From Escherichia coli (GTDB lineage: Bacteria; Pseudomonadota; Gammaproteobacteria; Enterobacterales; Enterobacteriaceae): DNA of 64,000 nucleotides. The translations under genes and the position numbers were made by a program. Location of the stretch: assembly GCF_041248615.1 (NCBI RefSeq), contig NZ_CP158426.1; one strand, 5' to 3'. Shown here piece by piece: positions 37,214 through 52,101 of this stretch; within the stretch, counting starts at the first letter, position 1, and each line of letters opens with the position of its first letter. Under the pieces are notes generated by a model that saw only the letters and a program-made list of their open reading frames with translations, was not told the DNA's origin and did not search any database.

Positions 37214-38566
37214 ATGAGTTCTTTAAGTCAGGCTGCGAGCAGTGTGGAAAAACGCACAAATGCTCGTTACTGGATAGTGGTGATGTTGTTTATCGTCACA
37301 TCCTTCAACTACGGCGACCGCGCTACGCTCTCTATCGCCGGTTCGGAAATGGCCAAAGATATCGGCCTTGATCCTGTGGGAATGGGCTATGTGTTCTCTG
37401 CCTTCTCATGGGCTTATGTTATCGGGCAGATCCCTGGTGGTTGGTTGCTGGATCGTTTTGGTTCAAAACGCGTCTACTTCTGGTCGATCTTTATCTGGTC
37501 GATGTTTACCTTGCTGCAAGGCTTCGTCGATATCTTTAGTGGATTCGGCATTATCGTTGCCCTGTTTACTCTGCGCTTCCTGGTCGGGCTTGCTGAAGCG
37601 CCATCTTTCCCCGGCAACAGTCGCATTGTTGCGGCCTGGTTTCCGGCGCAGGAAAGGGGAACGGCGGTGTCGATTTTTAACTCCGCTCAATACTTCGCAA
37701 CGGTGATCTTCGCGCCGATTATGGGCTGGCTGACGCATGAAGTGGGCTGGTCACACGTCTTCTTCTTTATGGGCGGTCTGGGGATTGTCATCAGCTTTAT
37801 CTGGTTGAAAGTCATCCACGAGCCAAATCAACATCCGGGGGTAAATCAGAAAGAGCTGGAGTACATCGCCGCGGGTGGCGCGCTGATCAATATGGATCAG
37901 CAAAACACCAAAGTTAAAGTGCCGTTCAGCGTGAAGTGGGGGCAGATCAAACAGTTGCTCGGGTCACGGATGATGATCGGCGTTTATATCGGTCAGTACT
38001 GTATCAACGCCCTGACTTACTTTTTCATTACCTGGTTTCCGGTTTATCTGGTGCAGGCGCGTGGGATGTCGATTCTGAAAGCGGGCTTTGTGGCTTCCGT
38101 TCCGGCGGTTTGCGGTTTTATCGGCGGTGTGCTGGGTGGGATTATTTCCGACTGGCTGATGCGCCGCACGGGATCGCTGAACATTGCGCGTAAAACACCG
38201 ATCGTAATGGGCATGTTGCTGTCGATGGTGATGGTGTTCTGCAACTACGTCAACGTTGAGTGGATGATCATCGGCTTTATGGCGCTGGCCTTCTTCGGTA
38301 AGGGCATCGGGGCGCTGGGTTGGGCAGTAATGGCAGATACCGCGCCAAAAGAGATCAGCGGTCTTTCCGGTGGCCTGTTCAACATGTTCGGTAACATTTC
38401 TGGCATCGTCACGCCAATCGCAATTGGTTATATCGTTGGCACGACTGGCTCCTTTAATGGGGCGCTGATTTATGTTGGTGTTCATGCCTTAATCGCGGTA
38501 CTGAGCTACCTGGTGCTGGTGGGCGATATCAAGCGTATCGAGCTGAAACCTGTCGCGGGGCAATAA
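37214..38566 (+). CDS. gudP: Probable D-glucarate/galactarate MFS transporter
   Basis: 450 aa, 12-TM MFS. Confidence 0.9.
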   Translation: MSSLSQAASSVEKRTNARYWIVVMLFIVTSFNYGDRATLSIAGSEMAKDIGLDPVGMGYVFSAFSWAYVIGQIPGGWLLDRFGSKRVYFWSIFIWSMFTLLQGFVDIFSGFGIIVALFTLRFLVGLAEAPSFPGNSRIVAAWFPAQERGTAVSIFNSAQYFATVIFAPIMGWLTHEVGWSHVFFFMGGLGIVISFIWLKVIHEPNQHPGVNQKELEYIAAGGALINMDQQNTKVKVPFSVKWGQIKQLLGSRMMIGVYIGQYCINALTYFFITWFPVYLVQARGMSILKAGFVASVPAVCGFIGGVLGGIISDWLMRRTGSLNIARKTPIVMGMLLSMVMVFCNYVNVEWMIIGFMALAFFGKGIGALGWAVMADTAPKEISGLSGGLFNMFGNISGIVTPIAIGYIVGTTGSFNGALIYVGVHALIAVLSYLVLVGDIKRIELKPVAGQ

Positions 38567-38567
38567 G

Positions 38568-39908
38568 ATGACGACACAATCCAGTCCTGTTATTACTGAT
38601 ATGAAAGTCATTCCGGTCGCCGGGCACGATAGCATGTTGCTTAATATTGGTGGGGCGCATAACGCATATTTCACTCGCAATATTGTGGTACTCACCGATA
38701 ACGCCGGGCATACCGGCATTGGTGAAGCGCCAGGCGGAGAGGTGATTTATCAGACACTGGTCGATGCTATTCCGATGGTGTTGGGCCAGGAAGTTGCGCG
38801 CCTGAATAAAGTGGTTCAGCAGGTGCATAAAGGTAATCAGGCAGCCGATTTTGATACCTTCGGCAAAGGTGCCTGGACTTTTGAATTGCGCGTTAATGCC
38901 GTGGCGGCGCTGGAAGCCGCCTTGCTTGACCTGCTAGGTAAGGCGCTGAATGTTCCGGTCTGCGAACTGTTGGGGCCAGGCAAGCAACGCGAGGCTATTA
39001 CCGTCCTCGGTTATCTGTTTTATATCGGTGATCGGACCAAAACCGATCTTCCTTATCTGGAAAATACGCCGGGCAACCATGAGTGGTATCAATTGCGGCA
39101 TCAGAAAGCGATGAACAGCGACGCCGTTGTGCGTCTGGCGGAAGCCTCACAGGATCGCTATGGCTTTAAAGATTTCAAACTTAAGGGCGGCGTGTTACCT
39201 GGCGAGCAAGAAATCGACACTGTTCGTGCATTGAAGAAACGCTTCCCGGATGCGCGGATTACCGTTGATCCCAACGGTGCATGGCTGCTTGATGAAGCCA
39301 TTTCTCTGTGCAAAGGGCTGAATGATGTTCTTACCTATGCCGAAGATCCATGCGGAGCAGAACAGGGGTTCTCCGGACGTGAAGTGATGGCGGAGTTTCG
39401 GCGGGCGACCGGCTTGCCCGTCGCGACTAATATGATCGCCACCAACTGGCGCGAAATGGGCCATGCGGTGATGCTCAATGCGGTAGATATTCCACTTGCC
39501 GATCCGCACTTCTGGACGCTTTCCGGTGCAGTCCGCGTGGCGCAGCTTTGCGACGACTGGGGGCTGACCTGGGGCTGCCATTCCAACAACCATTTCGATA
39601 TCTCTCTGGCGATGTTTACCCATGTGGGCGCGGCGGCACCGGGTAATCCTACCGCTATCGATACCCACTGGATTTGGCAGGAGGGCGATTGTCGCCTGAC
39701 CCAAAATCCGCTGGAGATTAAAAACGGAAAAATTGCCGTTCCTGATGCGCCCGGTCTGGGCGTGGAACTGGACTGGGAACAGGTACAAAAGGCACATGAG
39801 GCCTATAAACGTCTGCCTGGCGGTGCGCGTAACGACGCGGGCCCGATGCAGTACCTGATCCCCGGCTGGACCTTTGACCGTAAACGTCCCGTTTTCGGCC
39901 GTCATTGA
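38568..39908 (+). CDS. gudX: Glucarate dehydratase-related protein (enolase superfamily)
   Basis: 446 aa paralogue of GudD. Confidence 0.9.
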   Translation: MTTQSSPVITDMKVIPVAGHDSMLLNIGGAHNAYFTRNIVVLTDNAGHTGIGEAPGGEVIYQTLVDAIPMVLGQEVARLNKVVQQVHKGNQAADFDTFGKGAWTFELRVNAVAALEAALLDLLGKALNVPVCELLGPGKQREAITVLGYLFYIGDRTKTDLPYLENTPGNHEWYQLRHQKAMNSDAVVRLAEASQDRYGFKDFKLKGGVLPGEQEIDTVRALKKRFPDARITVDPNGAWLLDEAISLCKGLNDVLTYAEDPCGAEQGFSGREVMAEFRRATGLPVATNMIATNWREMGHAVMLNAVDIPLADPHFWTLSGAVRVAQLCDDWGLTWGCHSNNHFDISLAMFTHVGAAAPGNPTAIDTHWIWQEGDCRLTQNPLEIKNGKIAVPDAPGLGVELDWEQVQKAHEAYKRLPGGARNDAGPMQYLIPGWTFDRKRPVFGRH

Positions 39909-39928
39909 TTTTGAAAAAGGACATAAAT

Positions 39929-41269
39929 ATGAGTTCTCAATTTACGACGCCTGTTGTTACTGAAATGCAGGTCATCCCGGTGGCGGGCCATGACAGTATG
40001 CTGATGAATCTGAGTGGTGCACACGCACCGTTCTTCACGCGTAATATTGTGATTATCAAAGATAATTCTGGTCACACTGGCGTAGGGGAAATTCCCGGCG
40101 GCGAGAAAATCCGTAAAACGCTGGAAGATGCGATTCCGCTGGTGGTGGGTAAAACGCTGGGTGAATACAAAAACGTTCTGACGCTGGTGCGTAATACATT
40201 TGCCGATCGTGATGCCGGTGGGCGCGGTTTGCAGACATTTGATTTGCGTACCACTATTCATGTAGTTACCGGGATAGAAGCGGCAATGCTGGATCTGCTG
40301 GGGCAGCATCTGGGGGTTAACGTGGCATCGCTGCTGGGCGATGGTCAACAGCGTAGCGAAGTCGAAATGCTCGGTTATCTGTTCTTCGTCGGTAATCGCA
40401 AAGCCACACCGCTGCCGTATCAAAGCCAGCCGGATGATAAATGTGACTGGTATCGCCTGCGTCACGAAGAAGCGATGACGCCGGATGCGGTGGTGCGCCT
40501 GGCGGAAGCGGCATATGAAAAATATGGCTTCAACGATTTCAAACTGAAGGGCGGTGTACTGGCCGGGGAAGAAGAAGCCGAATCTATTGTGGCACTGGCG
40601 CAACGCTTCCCACAGGCGCGTATTACCCTCGATCCTAACGGTGCCTGGTCGCTGAACGAAGCGATTAAAATCGGTAAATACCTGAAAGGTTCGCTGGCTT
40701 ATGCAGAAGATCCGTGTGGTGCGGAGCAAGGTTTCTCCGGGCGTGAAGTGATGGCAGAGTTCCGTCGCGCGACTGGCCTGCCGACCGCAACCAATATGAT
40801 CGCCACCGACTGGCGGCAGATGGGCCATACGCTCTCGTTACAATCCGTTGATATCCCGCTGGCGGATCCGCATTTCTGGACGATGCAAGGTTCGGTACGT
40901 GTGGCGCAAATGTGCCATGAATTTGGCCTGACCTGGGGTTCACACTCTAACAACCACTTCGATATTTCCCTGGCGATGTTTACCCATGTAGCCGCTGCTG
41001 CACCGGGTAAAATTACTGCTATTGATACGCACTGGATCTGGCAGGAAGGCAATCAGCGTCTGACCAAAGAACCGTTTGAGATCAAAGGCGGGCTGGTACA
41101 GGTGCCGCAAAAACCAGGATTGGGCGTAGAAATCGATATGGATCAGGTGATGAAAGCCCACGAGCTGTATCAGAAACATGGGCTTGGTGCGCGTGACGAT
41201 GCGATGGGAATGCAGTACCTGATTCCTGGCTGGACGTTTGATAACAAGCGCCCGTGCATGGTGCGTTAA
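39929..41269 (+). CDS. gudD: D-glucarate dehydratase
   Basis: 446 aa from [23 protein letters not shown]; the track ORF has an 8-codon upstream extension. Confidence 0.9.
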   Translation: MSSQFTTPVVTEMQVIPVAGHDSMLMNLSGAHAPFFTRNIVIIKDNSGHTGVGEIPGGEKIRKTLEDAIPLVVGKTLGEYKNVLTLVRNTFADRDAGGRGLQTFDLRTTIHVVTGIEAAMLDLLGQHLGVNVASLLGDGQQRSEVEMLGYLFFVGNRKATPLPYQSQPDDKCDWYRLRHEEAMTPDAVVRLAEAAYEKYGFNDFKLKGGVLAGEEEAESIVALAQRFPQARITLDPNGAWSLNEAIKIGKYLKGSLAYAEDPCGAEQGFSGREVMAEFRRATGLPTATNMIATDWRQMGHTLSLQSVDIPLADPHFWTMQGSVRVAQMCHEFGLTWGSHSNNHFDISLAMFTHVAAAAPGKITAIDTHWIWQEGNQRLTKEPFEIKGGLVQVPQKPGLGVEIDMDQVMKAHELYQKHGLGARDDAMGMQYLIPGWTFDNKRPCMVR

Positions 41270-41283
41270 GACAGAAAACCAAA

Positions 41284-41310
41284 ACCGGCTCTTTCAGGAG
41301 CCGGTTTGAG
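41284..41310 (+). terminator. Putative terminator after gudD
   Basis: accggctc-tttcagg-agccggt hairpin followed by TTG. Confidence 0.5.
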
Positions 41311-41343
41311 ATTACTGACGAAGTGGCTTACGGGGACGGTTTT

Positions 41344-41444
41344 CCCCTCGCCCTTTCAAGGAGAGGACCGGGGTGAGGGTAATCATTCGCACTTGCGTTG
41401 GCCTGTTCCCCTCACCCTAACCCTCTCCCCGGAGGGGCGAGGGG
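41344..41444. repeat. GC-rich imperfect palindromic intergenic element (unclassified)
   Basis: cccctcgccc (41344-53) pairs perfectly with gggcgagggg (41435-44); inner ggggtgaggg pairs with cccctcaccc. Confidence 0.6.
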
Positions 41445-41508
41445 ACTGTCTGTGCTGCTCCCAGCATTGGCATTGGACGGAACCTATTTTGACTCGACAA
41501 AACGTCCA

Positions 41509-44265
41509 TTACCCGAGAATTTTGCTGGCTTCGCGCGCTACATTATCCATCTCGTCCAACAGTTCCAGCAGCTCCGGCTCCAAATCTTCTTCTTTAGTAC
41601 CGCTACGTAGCTGTTGTTCGATCAGTTGGCAGAGATTCTTCATACGCGGCACACCGCTATAGCCGCAACTGCCATGCAGTTTATGAATCAAATCAACCAG
41701 GCCTTCCGGGTTTTCTCCAACCAGCTGTTCCTCAACTTTGTTGCGAACTTCAGGCAGGAAATCGAGTAACATTTGCAGCATATCGCGCGCTAAATCGGTT
41801 TTTCCTGCTGCCTGGCGTAGTGCCAGTTGCCAGTCGAGGGTCGCATTCGGGTTCACCACAATTTCGTTGACTTCGGGCGTCACGACGCGAGAGGAAATAC
41901 CGCTGCCAGGCTTGTAGCGCAACAACAAATTATGCAATCGCTCTTCTTCAATCGGTTTCGCCAGATAATCGCTCATCCCTGCGCCAAGCAGCTTCTCTTT
42001 TTGCCCGGCCATTGCATGCGCCGTTACCGCGATAACTGGCGTTTGTTGCTGATGGGGGAGCTGGTGGATGAGTTCGCAGGCCCGAATGCCGTCCATGTCC
42101 GGCATTTGAATATCCATTAAGATCAAATCGAACGGCATCTGTTTCGCCCGTTCAACCGCCTGATGCCCGCTATCGCAAAGTTCCACATGTTGCACCATAT
42201 CTTCCAGCAATGCGCCGATAAGTTTCAGGTTAGCGGGGTTGTCATCAACCGCCATGACTGTCATTGCCAGCTTACTTTCATCGGTTACAGGCAAAAGCGT
42301 GTTTTGTTTGTGATGACAAAATTCCGTCAGGGCAGGTAACAGGCGCGTAGGTGTTAATGGTTTCAGCAGACACGCGCCGATACCATCTTGCTTAAGTTTT
42401 TCAGCATTGACTTGTGCATGGCAAGGAAGTGCCAGCATCAGAAAATCGGTCATCGATACCGCTTTCGCTAATCGCTCATGTTGCATTGTTAGCGGCTCGC
42501 GGAAGGTCACCGCAATGCCTAATAACATCATGTCGTAATGCGCGGGAGGCAGCGCGGAGAATGTTGGGCTATAAACCACTTCCAGCGGCGTTTCACTTAA
42601 AATATCCAGCGTGCATTGCGCTGCTGCGGAGTTTGGTTCGACATAGGCCAGGCGCTTGCCGGCGAGGCACTGGGTGGATGGCCCTTCGATAATAATGTTC
42701 GGATTCAGATCGAGATTAATGTGGAACCAGAAAGTTGAACCGCGATTCGGCTGGCTATGGAACGAAATATCGCCGCCCATTTCATTAACCAGTTTTTGTG
42801 TAATCACCAGCCCCAGCCCGGTGCCACCATGACGGCGGGAAATACTGGCATCAGCCTGTCGGAAGGCCTGGAATAAGCGCGATTGATCGCGTTCAGGAAT
42901 ACCAATGCCGGTATCCCGAATCTGCACTTCAATCTGCACTTTGGTATTACTCAGCGCACGTTTTTCTACCAGAATATCAATGTTGCCATTCTCGGTGAAT
43001 TTAATTGCATTCCCTACCAGGTTAGTGATGATTTGCTGTAATCGCAGTGGGTCGCCAATTACGTTATCGGGCACGTCGCTCTTAATATTGAGCGTCAGTT
43101 CCAGCCCTTTATCGTGAGAAGAATGTGCCAGCAGGGTAACGACTTCATCCAGCGTGCTGCGTAGTGGGAATGGAATACTTTCCAGAATCAGCTTACCCGC
43201 TTCCAGTTTCGAGAAGTCGAGAACATCATTAATAATTGCCAGCAAATTATTTGCCGAACGTTCAATCGTATTCAGGTGATCGCGCTGCGTTGGTGTTAAT
43301 TCTGTTTTCAGCGTCAGGCGAGTAAAGCCAATAACACCATTCAGTGGTGTACGCAGCTCGTGTGACATATTTGCCAGAAACTCGGATTTAATACGCGCCG
43401 CTTCCTGGGCGCGCTTTTTCGCCAGATCCAACTCAACGTTCTGAATTTCCATCTGCTCCAGCGTTTCACGCAGATCGGACGTCGCCTGGTCGATATTGTG
43501 CTGCATCTCTTCGTGATAAGCAGCCAGCGACATTGCCATCGAGTTGATACCGTTTTTCAGCATATCCAGCTCGCCGAGCATAAATCCTTCCACCCGGCTG
43601 TCGAGTTGCCCGCGACGGATGCGGTCGACGGTATTCACCATATTGCGAATCGGACCGGTTACATCGCGCATTAAGCGCCAGCCAAAAATAAGCGCAATAC
43701 CGATACAAAACAGCATCATCACGCTGGAAATAAAGATCTCTTTATATTGCTGCAAGCGAACCGATTTAAGATCCAGCTCAAGCGCAATATATCCCAACAT
43801 ATTTTGACTATTTTTGGCATCGCTACTGGGCGATTCGTCGGGGGAGTAACTCTCAGAAATAATCGGTGTGCGGAGGATCATAATATCGCCGTCACGAGTG
43901 ACAGTGAGCTGGCGAGGAAACGGCACGTTGCTGCCGAGCTGCATTGATGAGGGATCAAGATGAAAATTGGAGGTGACAAAGAGTCGGTTATTTTCATCAT
44001 AAACCGAAATCGCGCGAACAATATCGGAATGGCGACGATGCAGTACGCTTATTAACTGACCGATAGATTCGCGATTTTGCAGGCTCATGCCATATTCAGT
44101 AGAAACTGCAAGCGGCTCAATAATGCTGGCTCCGGCATCTTCCAGTTGACGCTGCAAATCGTTATAGCGATGCACAACGAAAAAGATACTCAGCAATAAA
44201 CCAATAAGGACGGTCGGTGCCAGGATCAGAATCATCATGCGTGCGCGCAGGCTGTAGTTGGTCAT
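41509..44265 (-). CDS. barA: Hybrid sensor histidine kinase BarA (partner of UvrY)
   Basis: 918 aa with HAMP, HisKA/HATPase, receiver and HPt domains. Confidence 0.95.
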
Positions 44266-44321
44266 GGAGTTCCGTTATGGGACAATTAAGGTCACACTGT
44301 TAAATTGAGAAAGTCTCGCCA

Positions 44322-45623
44322 ATGGCGCAATTCTACTCTGCAAAACGACGCACGACGACGCGTCAGATCATAACTGTTTCAGTCAACGACCTCGACTCTT
44401 TTGGTCAGGGCGTGGCACGACATAACGGCAAAGCGTTATTTATTCCTGGATTATTGCCACAGGAAAACGCGGAAGTTACTGTTACTGAAGATAAAAAACA
44501 ATACGCCCGCGCTAAAGTCGTGCGCCGGTTAAGCGATAGCCCGGAACGCGAAACGCCACGCTGCCCTCATTTTGGCGTATGCGGCGGCTGTCAGCAACAA
44601 CACGCCAGCGTGGATTTACAGCAGCGAAGCAAAAGTGCGGCACTCGCCCGATTAATGAAACACGAAGTCTCTGAAGTGATCGCCGATGTTCCCTGGGGCT
44701 ATCGCCGTCGCGCGCGTTTAAGTCTGAACTACTTACCGAAAACACAGCAACTTCAGATGGGGTTTCGCAAAGCGGGCTCCAGTGACATTGTCGACGTTAA
44801 ACAATGCCCCATTTTAGTGCCCCAACTTGAAGCATTGCTGCCCAAAGTCAGGGCATGCCTGGACAGCTTACAAGCTATGCGCCATCTTGGTCATGTTGAA
44901 CTGGTACAGGCAACCAGCGGCACGCTGATGATTTTGCGCCATACCGCACCGCTAAGTTCGGCTGATCGCGAAAAACTGGAACGCTTTTCGCATTCTGAAG
45001 GCCTGGATCTGTATCTCGCCCCCGATAGTGAGATACTCGAAACCGTCGCTGGTGAGATGCCCTGGTATGACTCAAACGGGTTGCGCTTAACTTTTAGCCC
45101 GCGCGATTTTATTCAGGTCAATGCGGGTGTGAACCAAAAAATGGTAGCGCGTGCGTTGGAATGGCTGGATGTGCAACCTGAAGATCGCGTACTGGATCTG
45201 TTCTGCGGTATGGGCAACTTTACACTGCCATTAGCGACACAAGCTGCCAGTGTGGTGGGTGTAGAAGGTGTTCCGGCGCTGGTGGAAAAAGGCCAGCAGA
45301 ATGCGCGTCTTAATGGCTTACACAATGTGACGTTTTATCACGAAAATCTTGAAGAAGATGTCACAAAGCAGCCGTGGGTGAAAAACGGCTTCGATAAAGT
45401 GTTGCTGGACCCGGCGCGAGCAGGTGCCGCAGGTGTTATGCAGCAAATTATAAAACTGGAACCTATTCGTATAGTTTATGTATCCTGTAACCCTGCAACG
45501 CTGGCTCGGGATAGCGAAGCGTTATTAAAAGCAGGATATACCATTGCGCGACTGGCGATGCTGGATATGTTCCCACACACGGGACATCTGGAATCGATGG
45601 TACTTTTCTCGCGCGTTAAATAG
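44322..45623 (+). CDS. rlmD: 23S rRNA (uracil1939-C5)-methyltransferase
   Basis: 433 aa, TRAM domain with [11 protein letters not shown] iron-sulfur motif. Confidence 0.9.
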   Translation: MAQFYSAKRRTTTRQIITVSVNDLDSFGQGVARHNGKALFIPGLLPQENAEVTVTEDKKQYARAKVVRRLSDSPERETPRCPHFGVCGGCQQQHASVDLQQRSKSAALARLMKHEVSEVIADVPWGYRRRARLSLNYLPKTQQLQMGFRKAGSSDIVDVKQCPILVPQLEALLPKVRACLDSLQAMRHLGHVELVQATSGTLMILRHTAPLSSADREKLERFSHSEGLDLYLAPDSEILETVAGEMPWYDSNGLRLTFSPRDFIQVNAGVNQKMVARALEWLDVQPEDRVLDLFCGMGNFTLPLATQAASVVGVEGVPALVEKGQQNARLNGLHNVTFYHENLEEDVTKQPWVKNGFDKVLLDPARAGAAGVMQQIIKLEPIRIVYVSCNPATLARDSEALLKAGYTIARLAMLDMFPHTGHLESMVLFSRVK

Positions 45624-45670
45624 TTACGATTTGCCGATTTCGGCAGGTCTGGTCCCTAAAGGAGAGGACG

Positions 45671-47905
45671 ATGGTTGCGGTAAGAAGTGCACATATCAAT
45701 AAGGCTGGTGAATTTGATCCGGAAAAATGGATCGCAAGTCTGGGTATTACCAGCCAGAAGTCGTGTGAGTGCTTAGCCGAAACCTGGGCGTATTGTCTGC
45801 AACAGACGCAGGGGCATCCGGATGCCAGTCTGTTATTGTGGCGTGGTGTTGAGATGGTGGAGATCCTCTCGACATTAAGTATGGACATTGACACGCTGCG
45901 GGCGGCGCTGCTGTTCCCTCTGGCGGATGCCAACGTAGTCAGCGAAGATGTGCTGCGTGAGAGCGTCGGTAAGTCGGTCGTTAACCTTATTCACGGCGTG
46001 CGTGATATGGCGGCGATCCGCCAGCTGAAAGCGACGCATACCGATTCTGTTTCCTCCGAACAGGTCGATAACGTTCGCCGGATGTTATTGGCGATGGTCG
46101 ATGATTTTCGCTGCGTGGTCATCAAACTGGCAGAGCGTATTGCTCATCTGCGCGAAGTAAAAGACGCGCCGGAAGATGAACGCGTACTGGCGGCAAAAGA
46201 GTGCACCAATATCTACGCGCCGTTGGCGAACCGTCTTGGGATTGGACAACTGAAATGGGAGCTGGAAGATTACTGCTTCCGTTATCTCCACCCGACCGAA
46301 TACAAACGCATCGCAAAACTGCTGCATGAACGCCGTCTCGACCGCGAACACTATATCGAAGAGTTTGTCGGCCATCTGCGCGCTGAGATGAAAGCTGAAG
46401 GCGTTAAAGCTGAAGTGTATGGTCGTCCGAAACACATCTACAGCATCTGGCGCAAAATGCAGAAAAAGAACCTCGCCTTCGATGAGCTGTTTGATGTGCG
46501 TGCGGTACGTATTGTCGCCGAGCGTTTACAGGATTGTTATGCCGCACTGGGGATAGTGCACACTCACTATCGCCACCTGCCGGATGAGTTTGACGATTAC
46601 GTCGCTAACCCGAAACCAAACGGTTATCAGTCTATTCATACCGTGGTTCTGGGACCAGGTGGCAAAACCGTTGAGATCCAAATCCGCACTAAACAGATGC
46701 ATGAAGATGCAGAGTTGGGTGTTGCTGCGCACTGGAAATATAAAGAGGGCGCGGCAGCTGGCGGCGCACGTTCGGGACATGAAGACCGGATTGCCTGGCT
46801 GCGTAAACTGATTGCGTGGCAGGAAGAGATGGCTGATTCCGGCGAAATGCTCGACGAAGTACGCAGCCAGGTATTTGACGACCGGGTGTATGTCTTTACG
46901 CCGAAAGGTGATGTCGTTGATTTGCCTGCGGGATCAACACCGCTGGACTTCGCTTACCACATCCACAGTGATGTCGGGCACCGCTGCATCGGGGCAAAAA
47001 TTGGCGGGCGCATTGTGCCGTTCACCTACCAGCTGCAGATGGGCGACCAGATTGAAATTATCACCCAGAAACAGCCGAACCCCAGCCGTGACTGGTTAAA
47101 CCCAAACCTCGGTTACGTCACAACCAGCCGTGGGCGTTCGAAAATTCACGCCTGGTTCCGTAAACAGGACCGTGACAAAAACATTCTGGCTGGGCGGCAA
47201 ATCCTTGACGACGAGCTGGAACATCTGGGGATCAGCCTGAAAGAAGCAGAAAAACATCTGCTGCCGCGTTACAACTTCAATGATGTCGACGAGTTGCTGG
47301 CGGCAATTGGTGGCGGGGATATCCGTCTCAATCAGATGGTGAACTTCCTGCAATCGCAATTTAATAAGCCGAGTGCCGAAGAGCAGGATGCCGCCGCGCT
47401 GAAGCAACTTCAGCAAAAAAGCTATACGCCGCAAAACCGCAGTAAAGATAACGGTCGTGTGGTGGTAGAAGGTGTCGGTAACCTGATGCACCACATCGCG
47501 CGCTGCTGCCAGCCGATTCCTGGAGATGAGATTGTCGGCTTCATTACCCAGGGGCGCGGTATTTCAGTGCATCGTGCAGACTGTGAGCAACTGGCGGAAC
47601 TGCGCTCCCATGCGCCAGAACGCATTGTTGACGCGGTATGGGGCGAGAGCTACTCCGCCGGATATTCGCTGGTGGTCCGGGTGATGGCCAATGATCGCAG
47701 TGGATTATTGCGTGATATCACGACCATTCTTGCCAACGAGAAGGTGAACGTGCTTGGCGTTGCCAGCCGTAGCGACACTAAACAGCAACTGGCGACTATC
47801 GACATGACCATTGAGATTTACAATCTGCAAGTGCTGGGCCGCGTGCTGGGTAAACTCAATCAGGTGCCGGATGTTATCGACGCGCGTCGGTTGCACGGGA
47901 GTTAG
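45671..47905 (+). CDS. relA: GTP pyrophosphokinase, (p)ppGpp synthetase I
   Basis: 744 aa. Confidence 0.95.
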   Translation: MVAVRSAHINKAGEFDPEKWIASLGITSQKSCECLAETWAYCLQQTQGHPDASLLLWRGVEMVEILSTLSMDIDTLRAALLFPLADANVVSEDVLRESVGKSVVNLIHGVRDMAAIRQLKATHTDSVSSEQVDNVRRMLLAMVDDFRCVVIKLAERIAHLREVKDAPEDERVLAAKECTNIYAPLANRLGIGQLKWELEDYCFRYLHPTEYKRIAKLLHERRLDREHYIEEFVGHLRAEMKAEGVKAEVYGRPKHIYSIWRKMQKKNLAFDELFDVRAVRIVAERLQDCYAALGIVHTHYRHLPDEFDDYVANPKPNGYQSIHTVVLGPGGKTVEIQIRTKQMHEDAELGVAAHWKYKEGAAAGGARSGHEDRIAWLRKLIAWQEEMADSGEMLDEVRSQVFDDRVYVFTPKGDVVDLPAGSTPLDFAYHIHSDVGHRCIGAKIGGRIVPFTYQLQMGDQIEIITQKQPNPSRDWLNPNLGYVTTSRGRSKIHAWFRKQDRDKNILAGRQILDDELEHLGISLKEAEKHLLPRYNFNDVDELLAAIGGGDIRLNQMVNFLQSQFNKPSAEEQDAAALKQLQQKSYTPQNRSKDNGRVVVEGVGNLMHHIARCCQPIPGDEIVGFITQGRGISVHRADCEQLAELRSHAPERIVDAVWGESYSAGYSLVVRVMANDRSGLLRDITTILANEKVNVLGVASRSDTKQQLATIDMTIEIYNLQVLGRVLGKLNQVPDVIDARRLHGS

Positions 47906-48000
47906 TCTTACATAGCTGGATATGGCGTCAGCCGTATCCAGCGATATCTTTTACTCGAAGGTATTACACCTGACGGACCCGCAATTTTCAGGACATTCTA

Positions 48001-48792
48001 ATGAATCAAATCGACCGTTTGCTCACCATCATGCAGCGCCTGCGCGATCCGGAAAACGGCTGCCCGTGGGATAAAGAGCAGACATTTGCCACCATTGCAC
48101 CTTACACCCTTGAAGAAACCTACGAAGTGCTGGACGCCATTGCCCGTGAAGATTTTGACGATCTGCGCGGTGAACTCGGCGATCTACTGTTCCAGGTGGT
48201 TTTTTACGCACAAATGGCTCAGGAAGAAGGGCGCTTTGACTTTAATGATATATGCGCCGCGATCAGCGATAAATTAGAACGTCGCCATCCGCATGTTTTT
48301 GCTGACAGTTCTGCCGAAAACAGTAGTGAAGTGCTTGCCCGTTGGGAGCAAATCAAAACCGAAGAGCGCGCGCAGAAAGCGCAGCATTCGGCGCTGGACG
48401 ATATTCCTCGTAGTTTACCGGCTTTAATGCGTGCGCAAAAAATCCAGAAACGTTGCGCCAACGTTGGTTTTGACTGGACGACGCTTGGTCCGGTAGTCGA
48501 TAAAGTCTACGAAGAGATCGACGAGGTGATGTACGAGGCACGGCAGGCTGTTATCGACCAGGCTAAACTGGAGGAGGAAATGGGCGACCTGCTGTTTGCC
48601 ACGGTCAATCTGGCTCGTCATTTAGGGACAAAAGCGGAAATCGCATTGCAAAAAGCGAACGAAAAATTCGAGCGTCGTTTTCGCGAAGTGGAGCGTATTG
48701 TTGCCGCGCGTGGACTGGAAATGACAGGTGTTGACCTCGAAACAATGGAAGAAGTCTGGCAACAGGTAAAACGGCAGGAAATTGATCTCTAA
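48001..48792 (+). CDS. mazG: Nucleoside triphosphate pyrophosphohydrolase MazG
   Basis: 263 aa from MNQIDRLLTIMQRLRDPENGCPWDKEQTF; starts 95 bp after the relA stop. Confidence 0.95.
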   Translation: MNQIDRLLTIMQRLRDPENGCPWDKEQTFATIAPYTLEETYEVLDAIAREDFDDLRGELGDLLFQVVFYAQMAQEEGRFDFNDICAAISDKLERRHPHVFADSSAENSSEVLARWEQIKTEERAQKAQHSALDDIPRSLPALMRAQKIQKRCANVGFDWTTLGPVVDKVYEEIDEVMYEARQAVIDQAKLEEEMGDLLFATVNLARHLGTKAEIALQKANEKFERRFREVERIVAARGLEMTGVDLETMEEVWQQVKRQEIDL

Positions 48793-49004
48793 GGGAATTA
48801 CGTGGTCAAGCGCGATTTGTGTCATTTTTTAAATGACAAGCGCTTGATTTGCGTCAAAAACATTTACCCCAAAGGGGCTATTTTCTCACTCCTGATTTCA
48901 ATAGTGCGCTGGCGAAGAGGAGGGATAATGAAAGTTTGTGGCACAGGTCATGTTCGGGTATACTGCTTTCCCGTCCTGGTTATTCCATCGTCTTTTCAAC
49001 CTAA

Positions 49005-50657
<1,653 letters not shown>

Positions 50658-50728
50658 GAAAAAAGTTAGAACGGCAACGCGTACCCTGGGTACGCGTTGT
50701 TTGTCTGGAGTTTCAGTTTAACTAGTGA

Positions 50729-52042
<1,314 letters not shown>

Positions 52043-52061
52043 GTCTGACTTTATCTGATTT

Positions 52062-52092
52062 AAAAATGCCAGCCTTCGGGCTGGCATTTTTT
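52062..52092. terminator. Bidirectional intrinsic terminator between eno and ygcG
   Basis: aaaaatgccagcc-ttcg-ggctggcatttttt: GC stem flanked by A-run and T-run. Confidence 0.75.
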
Positions 52093-52101
52093 ATGGTTGA
52101 G

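Noticed and set aside
39195-40828. 236-aa and 308-aa minus-strand ORFs
   Set aside because: Antisense to gudX and gudD.
47906-48000. Possible engineered deletion scar at the missing mazEF site
   Set aside because: No FRT or loxP-like inverted repeats, antibiotic marker or polylinker seen; only a short native-looking hairpin. Cannot distinguish natural absence from scarless engineering.
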